Below are positions 51,601-64,000 of a stretch of 64,000 nucleotides of DNA, one piece after another. This stretch comes from Eledone cirrhosa. Taxonomy: Eukaryota. Made by a program: the position numbers and the translations under genes. Within the stretch, counting starts at the first letter, position 1, and every line of letters begins with the position of its first letter. A model generated the notes under the pieces. That model made no database searches, had not been told where the DNA came from, and was given only the letters and a program-made list of their open reading frames with translations. Where the stretch lies: NCBI GenBank assembly GCA_964016885.1, contig OZ024752.1, forward strand, positions 32,488,001 through 32,552,000. Reading direction: 5' to 3'.

Positions 51601-51855
51601 GTAAGGATGAAAGGCAAAGTTAACCTCGGCAGGATTTGAACTCAAAGCGTAAAGGGCCGTAACTCTATGTAGTAGTAGTAGTAGTAGTTGTAGTAGTAGT
51701 TGTCGTGGTGGTGGTAGTAGTAGTGGTGGTGGTGGTGGTGGTGGTGGTAGTAGTGGTGGTAGTGGTAGTGGTAGTAGTAGTGGTGGTAGTGGTGGTGGTG
51801 GTTGTAGTAGTGGTGGTGGTGGTGGTGGTGGTAGTAGTAGTGGTAATAGTAGTGG

Positions 51856-51889
<34 letters not shown>

Positions 51890-51988
51890 CGGTAGTGGCG
51901 GTGGTGGTGGTGGTAGTAGTAATAGTAGTAGTAGTGGTGGTGGCAATAGTGGCAGTAGTGGTGGTGGTGGTGGTGGTAATAGTAGTGG

Positions 51989-52031
<43 letters not shown>

Positions 52032-52689
52032 CGGTAGTGGCGGTGGTGGTGGTGGTAGTAGTAATAGTAGTAGTAGTGGTGGTGGCAATAGTGGCAGTAG
52101 TGGTGGTGGTGGTCGTCGTCGTCGTCGTAGTCGTCGTCGTGTGTTGTACAGGTGTTGGTTATGATAATTATGATGATAACATGATAACGTGGGTGGAGTT
52201 GATTATTGTAGTGATGATGATGATGATCGTTATAGTCATGGTAACGCGAGTTACCTTGCGCAGTCGTATATCTTACTTATCCACCCACTCAGTCAGTCAG
52301 TCGCTCTAAAATCTCTAAATCTCTTAACTCGACCTCTTCTTTCGATAAGCTCAGCTTTTCGTTTGCCGCCTCTGGCCACCATTACGTTAGCAGACGATCA
52401 ACACCGATACATGGGGGCGGGGGGGGGGGGGCGAAGTATTGTATGCCTGATTAAATGGCGGATGTCTCCGTCTCGGAAAGACTCCCATGTTTTTATCCGC
52501 TAATAATTAAAATTGGTGTGGATGTCCGCGTCATTATTTGGCTGATGATCGGTTTTTTTTTTTTTTCCTTCTGAGGAATTTTGGCGCAAATTAATGGTGA
52601 CCGACGCCAAGTCGGTTAAATTTTAGTTAATTTAAGATGAGAGATTATTATTGTCTCTTAAAATGTAATTACTGTTGTTGTTTTTGATA

Positions 52690-53990
52690 GTGGTGGTGGT
52701 GGTGGTGGTGGTGTAAGTGATGGTTGATGTGATGGTGGTGGTGACGATGTAAGTGGTGGTTGATGTGGTGGTGGTGGTGACGGTGTAAGTGATGGTTGAT
52801 GTGGTGGTGGTGGTGACGGTGTAAGTGATGGTTGATGTGGTGGTGGTGGTGTAAGTGATGGTTGCTGTGGTGGTGGTGATGGTGGTGTAAGTGATGGTTG
52901 AAGTGGTGGTGATGATGGTGGTGTAAGTGATGGTTGATGTGGTGGTGGTGGTGGTGGTGTAAGTGATGGTTGATGTGGTGGTGGTGGTGGTGGTGTAAGT
53001 GATGCTTGAAGTGGTGGTGGTGGTGGCGGTGTAAGTGATGGTTGATGTGGTGGTGGTGGTGACGGTGTAAGTGGTGGTTGATGTGGTGGTGGTGGTGACG
53101 GTGTAAGTGATGGTTGATGTGGTGGTGGTGGTGACGGTGTAAGTGATGGTTGATGTGGTGGTGGTGGTGTAAGTGATGGTTGCTGTGGTGGTGGTGGTGG
53201 TGGTGTAAGTGATGGTTGAAGTGGTGGTGATGATGGTGGTGTAAGTGATGGTTGATGTGGTGGTGGTGGTGGTGGTGTAAGTGATGGTTGAAGTGGTGGT
53301 GATGATGGTGGTGTAAGTGATGGTTGATGTGGTGGTGGTGGTGGTGGTGGTGTAAGTGATGGTTGATGTGGTGGTGGTGGTGGTGGTGGTGGTGGTGTAA
53401 GTGATGCTTGAAGTGGTGGTGGTGGTGGCGGTGTAAGTGATGGTTGATGTGGTGGTGGTGGTGATGGTGTAAGTGATGGTTGAAGTGGTGGTGGTGGTGG
53501 TGGTGGTGTAAGTGATGGTTGATGTGGTGGTGGTGGTGTAAGTGATGGTTGATGTGGTGGTGGTGGTGGTGGTGGTGGTGTAAGTGATGGTTGATGTGGT
53601 GGTGGTGGTGGTGGTGGTGGTGGTGACGGTGTAAGTGATGGTTGATGTGGTGGTGGTGCTGGTGGTGTAAGTGATGGTTGAAGTGGTGGTGGTGGTGGTG
53701 TAAGTGATGGTTGATGTGGTGGTGGTGGTGGTGGTGTAAGTGATGGTTGATGTGGTGGTGGTGGTGGTGGTGGTGTAAGTGATGGTTGATGTGGTGGTGG
53801 TGGTGTAAGTGATGGTTGATGTGGTGGTAGTGGTGGTGGTGTAAGTGATGGTTGATGTGGTGGTGGTGGTGATGGTGTAAGTGATGGTTGAAGTGGTGGT
53901 GGGGGTGGTGGTGTAAGTGATGGTTGAAGTGGTGGTGGTGATGGAAGTGATGGTTGAAGTGGTGGTGGTGGTGTAAGTGTGATGGTTGCA
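52690..53990. repeat. ~30-36 bp G/T-rich minisatellite
   Basis: ggtgtaagtgatggttgatgt(ggt)n units. Confidence 0.93.
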
Positions 53991-54334
53991 GTGGTGAAGG
54001 AAGTGATGGTGATGGTGTTGAAATGGTGGGGGGGGGGATGATGGTGGTGGTGTTGAAGTGGTGGGGAGGGGGGTTGAAGTGGGGGGGGGGGGGGGGTTAT
54101 GGTGGTGGTGTTGAAGTGGTGGTGGTAAACTAATATCTTGTATTTATATTTATTGTTGTTGTTGTTGTTGTCTTGTTACCAGAACCTGATAGAGTGTACC
54201 AACTGTTGAATAACAATAAATACTGACTTCAAACAACTAAATATGCTCATTATTGATGTTGACAATTAACATGTGGGTGGTGGTGGTGATGGTGATGGTG
54301 ATGGTAGTGGTGGTGGTGGTGGTGGTGATGGTAG

Positions 54335-57300
54335 TGGTGTTGGGGGTGGTGCTGGTGGCGGAGGAGGTTGTGGTGGTGTTGGGGGTGGTGCTGGTGGCGG
54401 AGTAGGAGGTTGTGGTGGTGTTGGGGGTGGTGGTGGTGGCGGAGGAGGTTGTGGTGGTGTTGGGGGTGGTGGTGGTGGCGGAGGAGGTTGTGGTGGTGTT
54501 GGGGGTGGTGCTGGTGGAGTAGGAGGTTGTGGTGGTGTTGGGGGTGGTGCTGGTGGAGTAGGAGGTTGTGGTGGTGTTGGGGGTGGTGGTGGTGGCGGAG
54601 GAGGTTGTGGTGGTGTTGGGGGTGGTGCTGGTGGCGGAGGAGGTTGTGGTGGTGTTGGGGGTGGTGCTGGTGGAGTAGGAGGTTGTGGTGGTGTTGGGGG
54701 TGGTGGTGGTGGCGGAGGAGGTTGTGGTGGTGTTGGGGGTGGTGCTGGTGGCGGAGGAGGTTGTGGTGGTGTTGGGGGTGGTGCTGGTGGAGTAGGAGGT
54801 TGTGGTGGTGTTGGGGGTGGTGGTGGTGGCGGAGGAGGTTGTGGTGGTGTTGGGGGTGGTGGTGGTGGCGGAGGAGGTTGTGGTGGTGTTGGGGGTGGTG
54901 GTGGTGGCGGAGGAGGTTGTGGTGGTGTTGGGGGTGGTGCTGGTGGAGTAGGAGGTTGTGGTGGTGTTGGGGGTGGTGGTGGTGGTGGAGGAGGTTGTGG
55001 TGGTGTTGGGGGTGGTGGTGGTGGCGGAGGAGGTTGTGGTGGTGTTGGGGGTGGTGGTGGTGGCGGAGGAGGTTGTGGTGGTGTTGGGGGTGGTGCTGGT
55101 GGAGTAGGAGGTTGTGGTGGTGTTGGGGGTGGTGCTGGTGGCGGAGGAGGTTGTGGTGGTGTTGGGGGTGGTGCTGGTGGAGTAGGAGGTTGTGGTGGTG
55201 TTGGGGGTGGTGGTGGTGGTGGTGGAGGAGGTTGTGGTGGTGTTGGGGGTGGTGGTGGTGGCGGAGGAGGTTGTGGTGGTGTTGGGGGTGGTGGTGGTGG
55301 CGGAGGAGGTTGTGGTGGTGTTGGGGGTGGTGCTGGTGGAGTAGGAGGTTGTGGTGGTGTTGGGGGTGGTGGTGGTGGCGGAGGAGGTTGTGGTGGTGTT
55401 GGGGGTGGTGGTGGTGGTGGCGGAGGAGGTTGTGGTGGTGTTGGGGGTGGTGCTGGTGGCGGAGGAGGTTGTGGTGGTGTTGGGGGTGGTGCTGGTGGAG
55501 TAGGAGGTTGTGGTGGTGTTGGGGGTGGTGCTGGTGGCGGAGGAGGTTGTGGTGGTGTTGGGGGTGGTGCTGGTGGAGTAGGAGGTTGTGGTGGTGTTGG
55601 GGGTGGTGGTGGTGGTGGTGGAGGAGGTTGTGGTGGTGTTGGGGGTGGTGGTGGTGGCGGAGGAGGTTGTGGTGGTGTTGGGGGTGGTGGTGGTGGAGTA
55701 GGAGGTTGTGGTGGTGTTGGGGGTGGTGGTGGTGGCGGAGGAGGTTGTGGTGGTGTTGGGGGTGGTGGTGGTGGCGGAGGAGGTTGTGGTGGTGTTGGGG
55801 GTGGTGCTGGTGGAGTAGGAGGTTGTGGTGGTGTTGGGGGTGGTGCTGGTGGAGTAGAAGGTTGTGGTGGTGTTGGGGGTGGTGGTGGTGGAGTAGGAGG
55901 TTGTGGTGGTGTTGGGGGTGGTGGTGGTGGCGGAGGAGGTTGTGGTGGTGTTGGGGGTGGTGCTGGTGGCGGAGGAGGTTGTGGTGGTGTTGGGGGTGGT
56001 GCTGGTGGAGTAGGAGGTTGTGGTGGTGTTGGGGGTGGTGGTGGTGGCGGAGGAGGTTGTGGTGGTGTTGGGGGTGGTGCTGGTGGCGGAGGAGGTTGTG
56101 GTGGTGTTGGGGGTGGTGCTGGTGGAGTAGGAGGTTGTGGTGGTGTTGGGGGTGGTGGTGGTGGCGGAGGAGGTTGTGGTGGTGTTGGGGGTGGTGGTGG
56201 TGGCGGAGGAGGTTGTGGTGGTGTTGGGGGTGGTGGTGGTGGCGGAGGAGGTTGTGGTGGTGTTGGGGGTGGTGCTGGTGGAGTAGGAGGTTGTGGTGGT
56301 GTTGGGGGTGGTGGTGGTGGTGGAGGAGGTTGTGGTGGTGTTGGGGGTGGTGGTGGTGGCGGAGGAGGTTGTGGTGGTGTTGGGGGTGGTGGTGGTGGCG
56401 GAGGAGGTTGTGGTGGTGTTGGGGGTGGTGCTGGTGGAGTAGGAGGTTGTGGTGGTGTTGGGGGTGGTGCTGGTGGCGGAGGAGGTTGTGGTGGTGTTGG
56501 GGGTGGTGCTGGTGGAGTAGGAGGTTGTGGTGGTGTTGGGGGTGGTGGTGGTGGTGGTGGAGGAGGTTGTGGTGGTGTTGGGGGTGGTGGTGGTGGCGGA
56601 GGAGGTTGTGGTGGTGTTGGGGGTGGTGGTGGTGGCGGAGGAGGTTGTGGTGGTGTTGGGGGTGGTGCTGGTGGAGTAGGAGGTTGTGGTGGTGTTGGGG
56701 GTGGTGGTGGTGGCGGAGGAGGTTGTGGTGGTGTTGGGGGGGGGGGGGGCGGAGGAGGTGGGGGGGGGGAGGTTGTGGTGGTGTTGGGGGTGGTGCTGGT
56801 GGCGGAGGAGGTTGTGGTGGTGTTGGGGGTGGTGCTGGTGGAGTAGGAGGTTGTGGTGGTGTTGGGGGTGGTGCTGGTGGCGGAGGAGGTTGTGGTGGTG
56901 TTGGGGGTGGTGCTGGTGGAGTAGGAGGTTGTGGTGGTGTTGGGGGTGGTGGTGGTGGTGGTGGAGGAGGTTGTGGTGGTGTTGGGGGTGGTGGTGGTGG
57001 CGGAGGAGGTTGTGGTGGTGTTGGGGGTGGTGGTGGTGGCGGAGGAGGTTGTGGTGGTGTTGGGGGTGGTGCTGGTGGAGTAGGAGGTTGTGGTGGTGTT
57101 GGGGGTGGTGGTGGTGGCGGAGGAGGTTGTGGTGGTGTTGGGGGTGGTGCTGGTGGCGGAGGAGGTTGTGGTGGTGTTGGGGGTGGTGCTGGTGGCGGAG
57201 GAGGTTGTGGTGGTGTTGGGGGTGGTGCTGGTGGCGGAGGAGGTTGTGGTGGTGTTGGGGGTGGTGGTGGTGGCGGAGGAGGTTATGGTGGTGTTGGGGG

Positions 57301-58380
57301 TGGTGGTGGTGGCGGAGGAGGTTGTGGTGGTGTTGGGGGTGGTGCTGGTGGAGTAGGAGGTTGTGGTGGTGTTGGGGGTGGAGTAGGAGGTTGTGGTGGT
57401 GGTGGCGGAGGAGGTTGTGGTGGTGTTGGGGGTGGTGGTGGTGGCGGAGGAGGTTGTGGTGGTGTTGGGGGTGGTGCTGGTGGCGGAGGAGGTTGTGGTG
57501 GTGTTGGGGGTGGTGCTGGTGGCGGAGGAGGTTGTGGTGGTGTTGGGGGTGGTGGCGGAGGAGGTTGTGGTGGTGTTGGAGGCGGTGCTGGTGGAGTAGG
57601 AGGTTGTGGTAGTGTTGGGGGGGAGGTTGGGGGGGGGGGGTAGGAGGTTGGGGGGGGGGTTAGGGGGGGTGCTAGTGGGGGAAGAGGTTGTGGTGGTGTT
57701 GGGGGTGGAGTAGGAGGTTGTGGTGGTGTTGGGGGTGGTGGTGGTGGCGGAGGAGGTTGTGATGGTGTTGGGGGTGGTGGTGGTGGCGGAGGAGGTTGTG
57801 GTGGTGTTGGGGGTGGTGCTGGTGGCGGAGGAGGTTGTGGTGGTGTTGGGGGTGGTGCTGGTGGCGGAGGAGGTTGTGGTGGTGTTGGGGGTGGTGGTGG
57901 TGGCGGAGGAGGTTGTGGTGGTGTTGGAGGCGGTGCTGGTGGAGTAGGAGGTTGTGGTGGTGTTGGGGGGGGGGGGGGGGGGTTGCTGGTGGCGGAGGGG
58001 GGGTTGGGGGGGTTGGGGGGGTGCTGGTGGCGGAGGAGGTTGTGGTGGTGTTGGTGGAGTAGGAGGTTGGGGGGGAGGTTGGGGGGGGGGAGGTTGTGGT
58101 GGTGTTGGGGGTGGTGCTGGTGGCGGAGGAGGTTGTGGTGGTGTTGGGGGTGGTGCTGGTGGCGGAGGAGGTTGTGGTGGTGTTGGGGGTGGTGCTGGTG
58201 GCGGAGGAGGTTGTGGTGGTGTTGGGGGTGGTGGTGGTGGCGGAGGAGGTTGTGGTGGTGTTGGAGGCGGTGCTGGTGGAGTAGGAGGTTGTGGTGGTGT
58301 TGGGGGGGAGGGGAGGGGGGGGGGCGGAGGAGGTTGTGGTGGTGTTGGTGGAGTAGGAGGGGGGGGGGGGGGGGGGGCTG
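54335..58380. repeat. 39-bp G-rich satellite (about 100 units)
   Basis: ggtggtgttgggggtggtg(c/g)tggtgg(cgg/agt)aggaggttgt repeated. Confidence 0.95.
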
Positions 58381-59119
58381 GTCGTCGGCGTTGTCGTCGT
58401 CATGATGGTTTTGCTGGTGGAGGTGGTGGAGATGATGGTGATTACTTGGGTGGAGGTGGTGATGGTGATGTGACAATGATTTTAATGGAGGTGGTGATGG
58501 TGGTGGTAGTGGTGGGGGGGTAGTGATAGTGGTGGTGGTGGTGATGGTAGTGATGGTGGTGGTGGTGGTGGTGGCGGTGGTGGCGGTGATGGTGGTGGTG
58601 GTGGTGTGACAATGATTTTAATGGAGGTGCTGATGGTGGTGGTTGTGGTGGTAGTGTTGGGGGGGGGTAGTGATGGTGGTGGTAATGATGGTGGTGGTGG
58701 TGATGGTGGTGGTGATGGTGGTGGTGGTGGTGGTGGTGGTGATGGTGGTGGTGGTGATGGTGGTGGTGGCGGTAGTGATGGTGGTGGTGGCGGTGGAGGT
58801 GGTAGTGGTGGTGGCGGTGGTGGTGGTGGTAGTGGTGGTGGCGGTGGTAGTGGTGGTGGTGGTGGTGGTGGTGGTGGTGGTGGTGGTGGTGGCGGTGGTG
58901 GCGGTAGTGATGGTGGTGGTGGCGGTGGTGGTGGAGGTGGAGGTGGTGGTAGTGATGGTGGTGGGGTGGTGGTAGTGGTGGTGGTTGAGGTGGTGGTGGT
59001 GGTGGTAAGGATCAACAACTATAGTGTTATTGGTGAAATGTGATGATAGTGAGAAGGAAATATATGTTGGTAAGGTAAAAACGAATGTTTTGCACAATAT
59101 GGTGTTGTTATGGTGACAG

Positions 59120-59163
<44 letters not shown>

Positions 59164-59356
59164 CTATGTGTGTGTGCGTGCGTTTATATATGTATGTCTA
59201 TATATGTGTCTGTGTGCGTGCGTTTATATATGTATGTCTATATATGTGTCTGTGTGTGTGTGTGTGCGTGCGTTTATATATGTATGTATATATATGTGTC
59301 TGTGTGTGTGTGTGTGTGTCTGTGTGTGTGCCTGTGTGTCTGTGTATGTATGTATG

Positions 59357-59402
<46 letters not shown>

Positions 59403-60519
59403 CGTGCGTTTATATATGTATGTATATATATGTGTCTGTGTGTGTGTGTGTGTGTGTCTGTGTGTCTCTGTGTCTCTGTGTCTGTGTGTCTCTGTGTCTG
59501 TGTGTGTGTGTGTGTATAAATGAAAACTATAGAAAGTATTGTAGCAAGAAGCCAACAGTATTCCATAGTATATAAGTGACTATAGCGTCAAAATGAGAAA
59601 ATAATTAACGTAAGATGTGGGAAAATAATTCAAACTCAATTCAAAAAGAATCAGGATATAGATTCATCCAACAGAATTTAGTGAAATCCAGGGAAAAATC
59701 AATAGAGCCTTAATTCATGTTAAAATAAAGTTTAAAATACCCATCCTTCAATATGTATTTATATGTATGTATGTATATGTGTATATGTGTGTATGTATGT
59801 ATGTATGTATGTATGTATGTGTGTGTGTATGTGTGTATGTATGTATGTATGTGTGTTTGTATGTGTGTATTTGTGTATGTATGTATGTATGTGTGTTTGT
59901 ATGTGTATGTGTGTATGTGTGTATGTATGTATGTATGTCACAAGTGTAGTGTTTGTACCAGAGTTTTCAAGTCGCTAACTGGACTAAAAAGTCACACTCG
60001 TTCAGCGCATCGGTAGGGGTTCTCCTACATGGATATAAAGTAGTGGCCGTACTCGAAAACGAGTTGGCAGCCACCATGTATGTATGTATGTATGTATGTA
60101 TGTATGTATGTATGTATGTATGTATGTATGTATGTGTATGTGTGCGTGCGTGCGTGCGTGTGACAATGGTCTGCGACAAAGCAAGTAGGAAGGAAGAATT
60201 TAAAGGTTGTAGATCAACCTGCTAGATGTAACTGTCAAACCTCTTTCAAATCACACGTTGTTGCTTTAAGGAAAGATACATTGTATGATGTAGTCTTAGA
60301 TAGACATGTCTGGCGGTGGGAAATAACAGAATCATTACATCTGCTACAGCTTTGATCATAAAATATCCTTTTCCCCAGACTTAGGCTAAACAACAACAGC
60401 AGCACAATCGTGGTTTTAATGTACTAGAGAGTGAAGGCGGGGAAGTTAACTGGAAAGAAAGAGACAGATACATACATACAACAGGGGGAGGGGTTGAAGG
60501 GACAGAGTGACATAGAGTG

Positions 60520-60900
60520 AGGGGAGGAGTTGGACAGAGAGACAGACAGTGAGGGGAGGAGTTGGAGAGACAGACAGAGACAGACAGAGAATGGAGGAGT
60601 TGGAGGGATAGACAGAGACAGAAAGAGTGAGGGGGGGAGAAGGTGAATAGAAAGAAAGAGACAGAGAGAGTGAGGGGAGACGGGAGAAGATGAATAGAAA
60701 GAAAGAGACAGAGAGAGTGAGGGGAGAGAGGAGAAGATGAATAGAAAGAAAGAGACAGAGAGAGTGAGGGGAGAGGAGAAGGTGAATAGAAAGAAAGAGA
60801 CAGAGTGAGGGGAGGGAGAAGGTGAATAGAAAGACAGACATAGAGAGAGTGAGGGGAGGGAGAAGGTGAATAGAAAGACAGACATAGAGAGAGTGAGGGG
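60520..60900. repeat. ~40-bp purine-rich minisatellite
   Basis: gagtgaggggag...gaaggtgaatagaaagaaagagaca units. Confidence 0.88.
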
Positions 60901-60943
60901 AGTTTAAGTAAAAGAAAGAGATAGAGCCATATAGACAAATGGA

Positions 60944-61824
60944 GTTTCTACTTTGGGCACAAGGCCAGCAAATACCCCCAGTGCATTACTGGTACTTTAT
61001 TTTATCGACCCCGTAAGGATGAACGGCAAAGTCGACCTCGGCGGGATTTGAACTCAGAACACAAAGGGCCATAACTATGCAGCAAAGCATAGTGTCTGAC
61101 GCTCTACCGATCCTGTTGTCAAACCACCGCACTTAGAGCGAGTTGTTTTCTGTTGTACTTCTAACAGACAACATAATGGTTTTTGATTTAAGCACAAGGC
61201 CAGCAATTTGAAGAGGGGAAAGTCGATTAAATCGACCTCAGTGCATTACTGCTACTTTATTTTATCGACCCCGTAAGGATGAAAGGCAAAGTTAACCTCG
61301 ACGGGATTTGAGCTCAGTCTATAAAGGGGCGTAACTATGCTGCAAAGCATGGCGTTTGATCACCGCCCTTCTGACAACGTAATGCCAATGAATGACGACT
61401 GGACTCAGAGGGAGTTTTCAATAGTCGCTGAAACTGTTAGAAATAGTAGCTAAATCGTCCTTGAATCATACCCTAGAATCTTAAATAACCATTTCATTTT
61501 GTCTTCTTTTTCTTTTTTTTTTTTTTCTTCTTTGAATATTATGAAATGTGATCATAAACAAGTGTGTGAGTGAATGAATGAATGAGTGTGTGAATGAATG
61601 AGTGTGTGAATGAATGAGTGTGTGAATGAATGAGTGCGTGAATGAATGAGTGCGTGAATGAATGAGTGCGTGAATGAATGAGTGCGTGAATGAATGAGCG
61701 TGTGAATGAGTAAGTGAGTATAACTCTCTCTCTCTCATATCTATCTCTCTCTCTATATATATATATAATTGTTTCTACTTTAGGCACAAGGCCAGCAATA
61801 ACCCAGTTCATTACTGGTACTTTA
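60944..61824 (-). mobile_element. SINE copies at 60944-61130, 61175-61365 and 61768-61824
   Basis: Consensus match on the minus strand. Confidence 0.88.
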
Positions 61825-61972
61825 TATATATAATGTTATATAGTAAGGTGTATTATTGGTTGTGTCCATACGGTCCAATAAATTGTTGTTACCAATATTA
61901 AGTTCTCCACGCTTTTGTATATCTCCAATTCCATTTATGGGAACAGCTAGATGATGTAAAACGGAGTATTTG

Positions 61973-62287
61973 TATCAAAATAAAGATCCGAAGGCATGGT
62001 ATAAATTTCCAATCATTTTAATCACGACACATGTTTCAATAAGAGATAGATCGATCGTGTAGCCATGATCGATTATCACTGATCTCGTCAGGTGAAAATG
62101 AATTGTCTTCAAATCCTTGATATGAGGGAGAAAATTAATGATGTTCACTCACAGAGTTTAGTCCCTCATTTTCACCTGACGAGATCAGTGATAATCGATC
62201 ATGGCTACACGATCGATCTATCATTTATTGAAACGTGTCGTGATTAAAATGATTGGAAATTTATACCATGCCTTCGGATCTTTATTT

Positions 62288-62293
<6 letters not shown>
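61973..62293. mobile_element. Fold-back element with ~128-bp arms, each containing a complete hammerhead
   Basis: Arms at 61973-62101 and 62166-62293; (TA)n follows. Confidence 0.85.
62173..62242 (+). ncRNA. Type-I hammerhead with a long stem II (mirror on the minus strand at 62023-62094)
   Basis: CAC-CTGACGA-GAT-cag-TGATA-ATCGATC-(atggctacac)-GATCGAT-c-TATCA-ttt-ATT-GAAA-CgtG-TC-GTG; GUC site. Confidence 0.8.
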
Positions 62294-62323
<30 letters not shown>

Positions 62324-62650
62324 CCGTATCTACTTACTCGCAGGACTCTTTAACTTGCTGTGTAACAGTTTAACTTTCTCATGGTTTTGTATCTATTTTC
62401 TGCTATGTTCTTGTGAACCATTCCTTATTGTCAAACTTTTTATAGCCTAAGATATTAGTTACTACTTCAACATATTTTCTTGACCAAATGCCACCTGTTG
62501 ATAACTCAGGTATCCTCTTCGTAGTTTTACCAACTTTCCTATCTCTGAAAGCTTTCATGCGTTATGTCCTTGAGCAAGACACTTTATTTCACGTTGCTCC
62601 TTCTACCTGGAGTTGCGACCGATAGAGAGTAGTAGCAATTGTAAAGACCA

Positions 62651-62701
<51 letters not shown>

Positions 62702-62741
62702 ATATTAAATAAATGGAAACTATATTTATAAAACCATATTT

Positions 62742-62800
62742 ATTCTATTATATATATTTCAAGGGTACCAAAACTTTGGTACGCTCTCATCAGATAAAAT
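62742..62800 (-). ncRNA. Type-I hammerhead
   Basis: ATTTTAT-CTGATGA-GAG-c-GTACCAAA(gt)TTTGGTAC-c-CTT-GAAA-TATATA-TA-ATAGAAT: 7-bp stem I, palindromic stem III, aataaa directly after. Confidence 0.75.
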
Positions 62801-63779
62801 ACAAAGTTTGTTTTATAAATATTGACATAACCAGGAAGAAGATCTTAACGGTTCAAGTTTTTCCTGGATAGTAAAGGAAAGAAGGGAAAGAGAAGAAAAG
62901 TCAAATATTTCAAATTATTAAGATGAGTATGCAAATGAGGTTGAGGTATAGAGCTGGAAAAAAAAGAAAAAAAACGTTATTTTTAGACGCTAGGTAGATT
63001 TAAATAATTATTAGGATATATGTATGTGTAGGAAGAAGAAAGAGAAGGAAAGAAGAGCTTGTATTTACGTTAATTTAAAAAGAATTAACAGTTTGTAGAA
63101 ATGGTGGAATATGATTCCGGAATTTAAAAAAAATTATTTAGCTATATTATGAATTATAATATTATATATATAATTAGATTATATTATGAGTTATAATATT
63201 ATATATATAATTAGATTATATTATGAGTTATAATATTATATATATAATTAGATTATATGAAGAATTATGGTTGTACTTATTACATTACAACAGGTTGTGA
63301 GTATATAAATATCTATATAGATTAAAAATCGTGCAAGTATAAGTATTATTAGTGATTTTTTTAGAAATAAACTACAATTATTAATTGTTTATATTTCTCA
63401 TATGAGTTACGAAAGATGTTGATTTTCCATTTTACATTTTAAAAAATTAAGAAAAAGACGTAGTTCAAGTTGTTAGAGGACAACAATTCGTAGATTCAAA
63501 TATTTTGTTCCAACATTGAAAATGTTTTCAGAATATTATTAATTTAGCGAAGTTATATAGTTTATCATACAAGTTATCGTGTCTATGTTTGCTCAATTGT
63601 AAAGGAAAAGATAACCCTAATCTTATTTGCTAACCATTAAATTGGATGAAGGATTTACTCAGAAAGTATGAAGAGAAAATTATATATTATTTTGTGTGAG
63701 CTTATTTTTTTTTCAAGGATGAGAGTTTCAATTACATATTATTTACGTCGAAAGATGTGTGAAAAGTTTGAAGATTAAA

Positions 63780-64000
63780 AAGAGGAAAAAAGTATTATGC
63801 ATTTCGAAGAAGTATCGTAAAGAGGATATCTTTCAGAATGTCAATTAAAGTTTATCAATCTACATCTAAAAAATAGATTAAGAAGAGTATCATTAGGAAA
63901 AGGATATCAAATGGTAAAAATACTAAATTTAAGAGGAAGATCATTTTTAAAATGTTTAATTTTTAAAGAATAACTCAGTAAATCAGTTTAAAGGTGTATA
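63780..64000 (-). pseudogene. Possible highly decayed Penelope-like RT remnant upstream of the 62742-62800 hammerhead
   Basis: Scattered minus-strand peptides in different frames (NDLPLKFS, FLDV, HSERYPLYDTS) fall in the order expected for a PLE RT C-terminus, but the match is weak. Confidence 0.25.

Noticed and set aside
54273-57643. 857-aa Gly-rich and 1091-aa Trp/Arg-rich ORFs
   Set aside because: They are translations of a satellite with GTG/TTG starts, no signal peptide or unique domain, and frame switches at homopolymer runs.

Overview
AT-rich, microsatellite-dense animal DNA with no intact protein-coding gene that I can support. The SINE families (a tRNA-headed SINE with a Deu/Nin-like core, plus CORE-type and V-type fragments) resemble those of octopod cephalopods; this assignment is from memory, not from a search. 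The window holds roughly 40 copies or fragments of one SINE, decayed LINEs (CR1/L2-like, RTE-like, Dong/R4-like, CRE-like), a non-autonomous Helitron, Tc1/mariner remnants and several satellites. Almost all long ORFs in the track are read-throughs of simple repeats. The main unexplained signal is about 20 type-I hammerhead ribozyme (HHR) motifs (stem I - CUGANGA - stem II - GAAA - stem III - NUH - stem I) from roughly ten unrelated short repeat families. Nearly all lie in or beside (TA)n tracts and many are part of fold-back palindromes. Several have non-canonical features: a very long or branched stem II with compensatory changes between copies, a mismatch at the 10.1-11.1 pair, or short insertions next to the core. 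This suggests a diverse, (TA)n-targeted, non-autonomous Penelope-like/retrozyme-like system. A candidate Pbx-Hox/Meis enhancer lies at about 42.3 kb. All folds were done by eye and no cleavage activity is demonstrated.
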